Source of the DNA: Squalus acanthias
Taxonomy: Eukaryota
Assembly: GCA_030390025.1 (NCBI GenBank)
Contig: CM059432.1
Span: forward strand, 32,242,001 to 32,306,000
Direction: 5' to 3'
DNA: 64,000 bases
In this document: positions 61,586-64,000 of the stretch, one piece after another
Position numbering within the stretch: position 1 is the stretch's first letter
Layout: every line of letters begins with the position of its first letter
Translations under genes and position numbers: made by a program
Notes under the pieces: generated by a model
What the model was told of the DNA's origin: nothing
The model's input: the letters and a program-made list of their open reading frames with translations, nothing else
Database searches by the model: none

Positions 61586-62736
61586 GGTAGGGTACTGAGT
61601 CCCAGGGATAATTGGATCCTTTGGGTTGCCAAAATCTGACAGTTTTAGCCTCATCTGGCTGCTGGCTGCAGGATGCCTGTTATACAGAAACTGGTGGTCA
61701 AAGAACCATATAAAAGTGACTAATGTCCAACTGAGTGGGCGGAGGAGCTGTCAGTCAAACAGTTGTAGCATCTGTCTCCCTAAAGTGTTTCTCGTCTGGT
61801 ACCGTTTAAGATTTTATCTGACCTATTTTTTCTCTTTCTCGTGGTACTATCCCTCCTTCACGTCTCCCCCACTCATCACCTTTTATCTTTCAAAGAGTTG
61901 CCTTTGCCCTAGGCTGTCAGGAGAATCTCACCATTGCAAAAAGCAAGCTTTAACTTGATCGCAATGTAAATAAGTCCTATTATGTAAGGGGATTTTTGTA
62001 TTTGCAGTCTTCCATTCCACACACACACACACACCCTCCCCCTCCCCAACTCTCCAGATACAAAAGTTTCCCAGAATATGTGGGGGAAACTCTCAGCAGA
62101 CTGGCTGCCGGCCGGGTGTGGTTTGGTACTTTCTGTAGACCTGTGTGGTTTTTTTTTGTCTGACTTGTTCTGCTTTCGGTTGGGGGAGGGTAGTTCATAT
62201 GTAGGTGGAGGTTTCAGTAAAGTACAAAATTGGCCCAAGTGTCAGTAAGGAGTTATGCCTTTTATTTTAACTTTAGATTTAGCTGTAAAATGATTGCTTC
62301 TTCTATACATACCAGTCTCCACGTGAGTTTACAGAAAATCTGGTGCTTTTTTTGCACGGCGAGTCCCTTTACTTTCTCTTTCTTTGCCGGTCATCCTGGT
62401 TTGGGTTTAATCTCACTTTACAGCAAGGTGGGATTTGCTGGACTCAGTTCACATTTTGCAATCAACTTGAGCAAATGTTTAATAAGTCAGTAGTGCAGCT
62501 AAAGGGTACTGTCGTCCTGCTGGGGTGCCTTTTAAGTCATCTATCAGGTGAGATTGAGCAGGCTGTGGGCTCTTTTCTCTGAAAAAGAGACTAAGAGGAG
62601 AGCTGAGAGGGGTCTTTAAAAGTATGAAGAGGGTTCGATAGGGTGGATGTGCAGAAACTGTTTCCACGTGGGTGAGAACAAAGGGGTATAAATATAAGCT
62701 AGCCACTTAAAGATCAAAGAAACTATTTAGGAAAAT

Positions 62737-63150
62737 AAAGAACTTGCATTTATGTAGCAACTTTCATGACTTCAGGATGTCCCAAAGCGCTTTACAGCAA
62801 TTAAGTATTTTTGAAGTGTGACTGTTTTAGTGATGTTGGTTCATGGATAAGTATTGGCCAGGACACGGGGGAGAACTCATCTGCTCTTCTTCGAGTATTG
62901 CCGTGGGCTCTTTTATGTCCACCTGAGAGGGCAGATGGGACCTCAGTTTAACAGGCCTACTCCTGCTCCTATCTTCTATGTTTCTATGTAACATCTCATC
63001 TGAAAGATTGCACCTCTGACAGTGCAGCACTCCCTCAGTACTGCCCTGGAGTGTCAGCCTAGATTACGTACTCAAGTCTCTGCAGTGGAGCTTGAACCCA
63101 CAACCTCTGACTCAGAGGTGAGAGTGCTACCCACTGAGCCAAGGTCGACA
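62737..63150 (-). mobile_element. Deu-domain SINE with a 35-bp CR1 tail insertion
   Basis: Reverse copy. Insert 62954-62988 is flanked by TAACA. Confidence 0.85.
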
Positions 63151-63340
63151 CGTTAGGAGGTATTTCTTTACACAGAGAGCGCTGAGAATGTGGACCTCAC
63201 TGCCACAAAGAGTGGTTGAAGCAGACAGATTTGACACATTAAAGGAGAGGCTTGATGAATACATGAGAGAGAAGGGAATGGAGGGGTATGGTGGCAAAGT
63301 GAGAAGAGGTAGAGTGAGAGGAGGCTCATGTGGGCCGAAA
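63150..63340 (+). mobile_element. CR1 3' fragment
   Basis: Encodes WTSLPQRVVEA...LKERLDEYM. Confidence 0.75.
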
Positions 63341-63369
63341 GATCCCAGGTTCAATCTAGTTTACCTAGA

Positions 63370-63497
63370 GTGTTTAGAAGAAGGGTCCGCACCCAAAACT
63401 GTTCTCTAAACAGATGTCGACTGGCCTGCTCAGATTTTCCAGCATTTTCTGTTTTCTTTCTGTTTCAGATTTCCACGTCTGCGGTATTTTGCTTTTC
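63370..63497 (+). mobile_element. Penelope-like terminal repeat remnant
   Basis: CAGATG..GACTGGCCTGCT..GATTTTCCAGCATTTTCTGTTTT. A related reverse copy flanks the CR1 at 20160-20227 and 21945-21970. Family assignment is from recall. Confidence 0.5.
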
Positions 63498-63642
63498 ACT
63501 CGTTACTGGGTTTTGTGGAACTCGAGTCAAGTGTTTGGTGGTTACAGGTCTGTCACTGGTGGTTTGGACAATTTGAGGTGATGAATCAAACATGTCATGC
63601 AGGAAACATATTGGCACAACATTAAAGGGTACGAGTGTTAAC

Positions 63643-63900
63643 TCGGCTCAGCAGGTAGCAGTTTCCTCCGAGTCAGAAGGTCGTGGATACAAGTCCCACT
63701 CCAGGGCAGTACTGAGGGAGTGCTGTACTGTTGGAGGTGCCATCATTTGGATTAAATGCTGGATTGAGGTCTTGTCTGTCACTTGGGTGTTGAAAATTCC
63801 ATAGAAGAAGAGCAGCAAGCTCATCTGGTGTTCCAGCAAACATTCCTGCCTCAACCAACACACCTAAAATTAGATTTAGTGGCCATTCACCTCATTGCTA
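63643..63900 (+). mobile_element. Deu-domain SINE, degraded
   Basis: Head and core remnants. Confidence 0.7.
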
Positions 63901-63917
63901 TCCAATTCTGGCCACTT

Positions 63918-64000
63918 CATAGAATCATAGAATGGTTACAGCACAGAAGAAGGCCATTCGGCCCGTCGAACCCATGCCAACACTTATGCATCTCCCACTT
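63918..64000 (-). mobile_element. CR1 3' tail
   Basis: CATAGAATCATAGAATGGTTACAGCACAGAAG..GGCCATTCGGCCC. Confidence 0.8.

Overview
Repeat-dense vertebrate genomic DNA. The repeat repertoire (HE1-like V-SINE, SacSINE1-like Deu-domain SINE, several CR1 families with short tandem tails, L2, RTE) points to a shark or other cartilaginous fish. I recognise no host protein-coding gene. Every long ORF with a recognisable product comes from a retrotransposon, including one uninterrupted 979-aa CR1 ORF2. The window also holds PIF/Harbinger-like and hAT-like MITEs with visible target-site duplications (TSDs), several minisatellites, and a ~10.6 kb multi-level nest of retroelements (27.1-37.7 kb). The most striking object is a CR1/Zenon-like LINE at 33135-37590 (- strand) with one long endonuclease-RT frame. 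Its 5' end is a tRNA-like A-box/B-box head, a manual scan found no TTTT (Pol III terminator) on its ~3.3 kb sense strand, and its internally deleted derivatives form a local SINE family. It is a candidate RNA polymerase III-transcribed, protein-coding LINE. Family names come from recall of consensus sequences, not from database searches, and the boundaries of old repeats are approximate.
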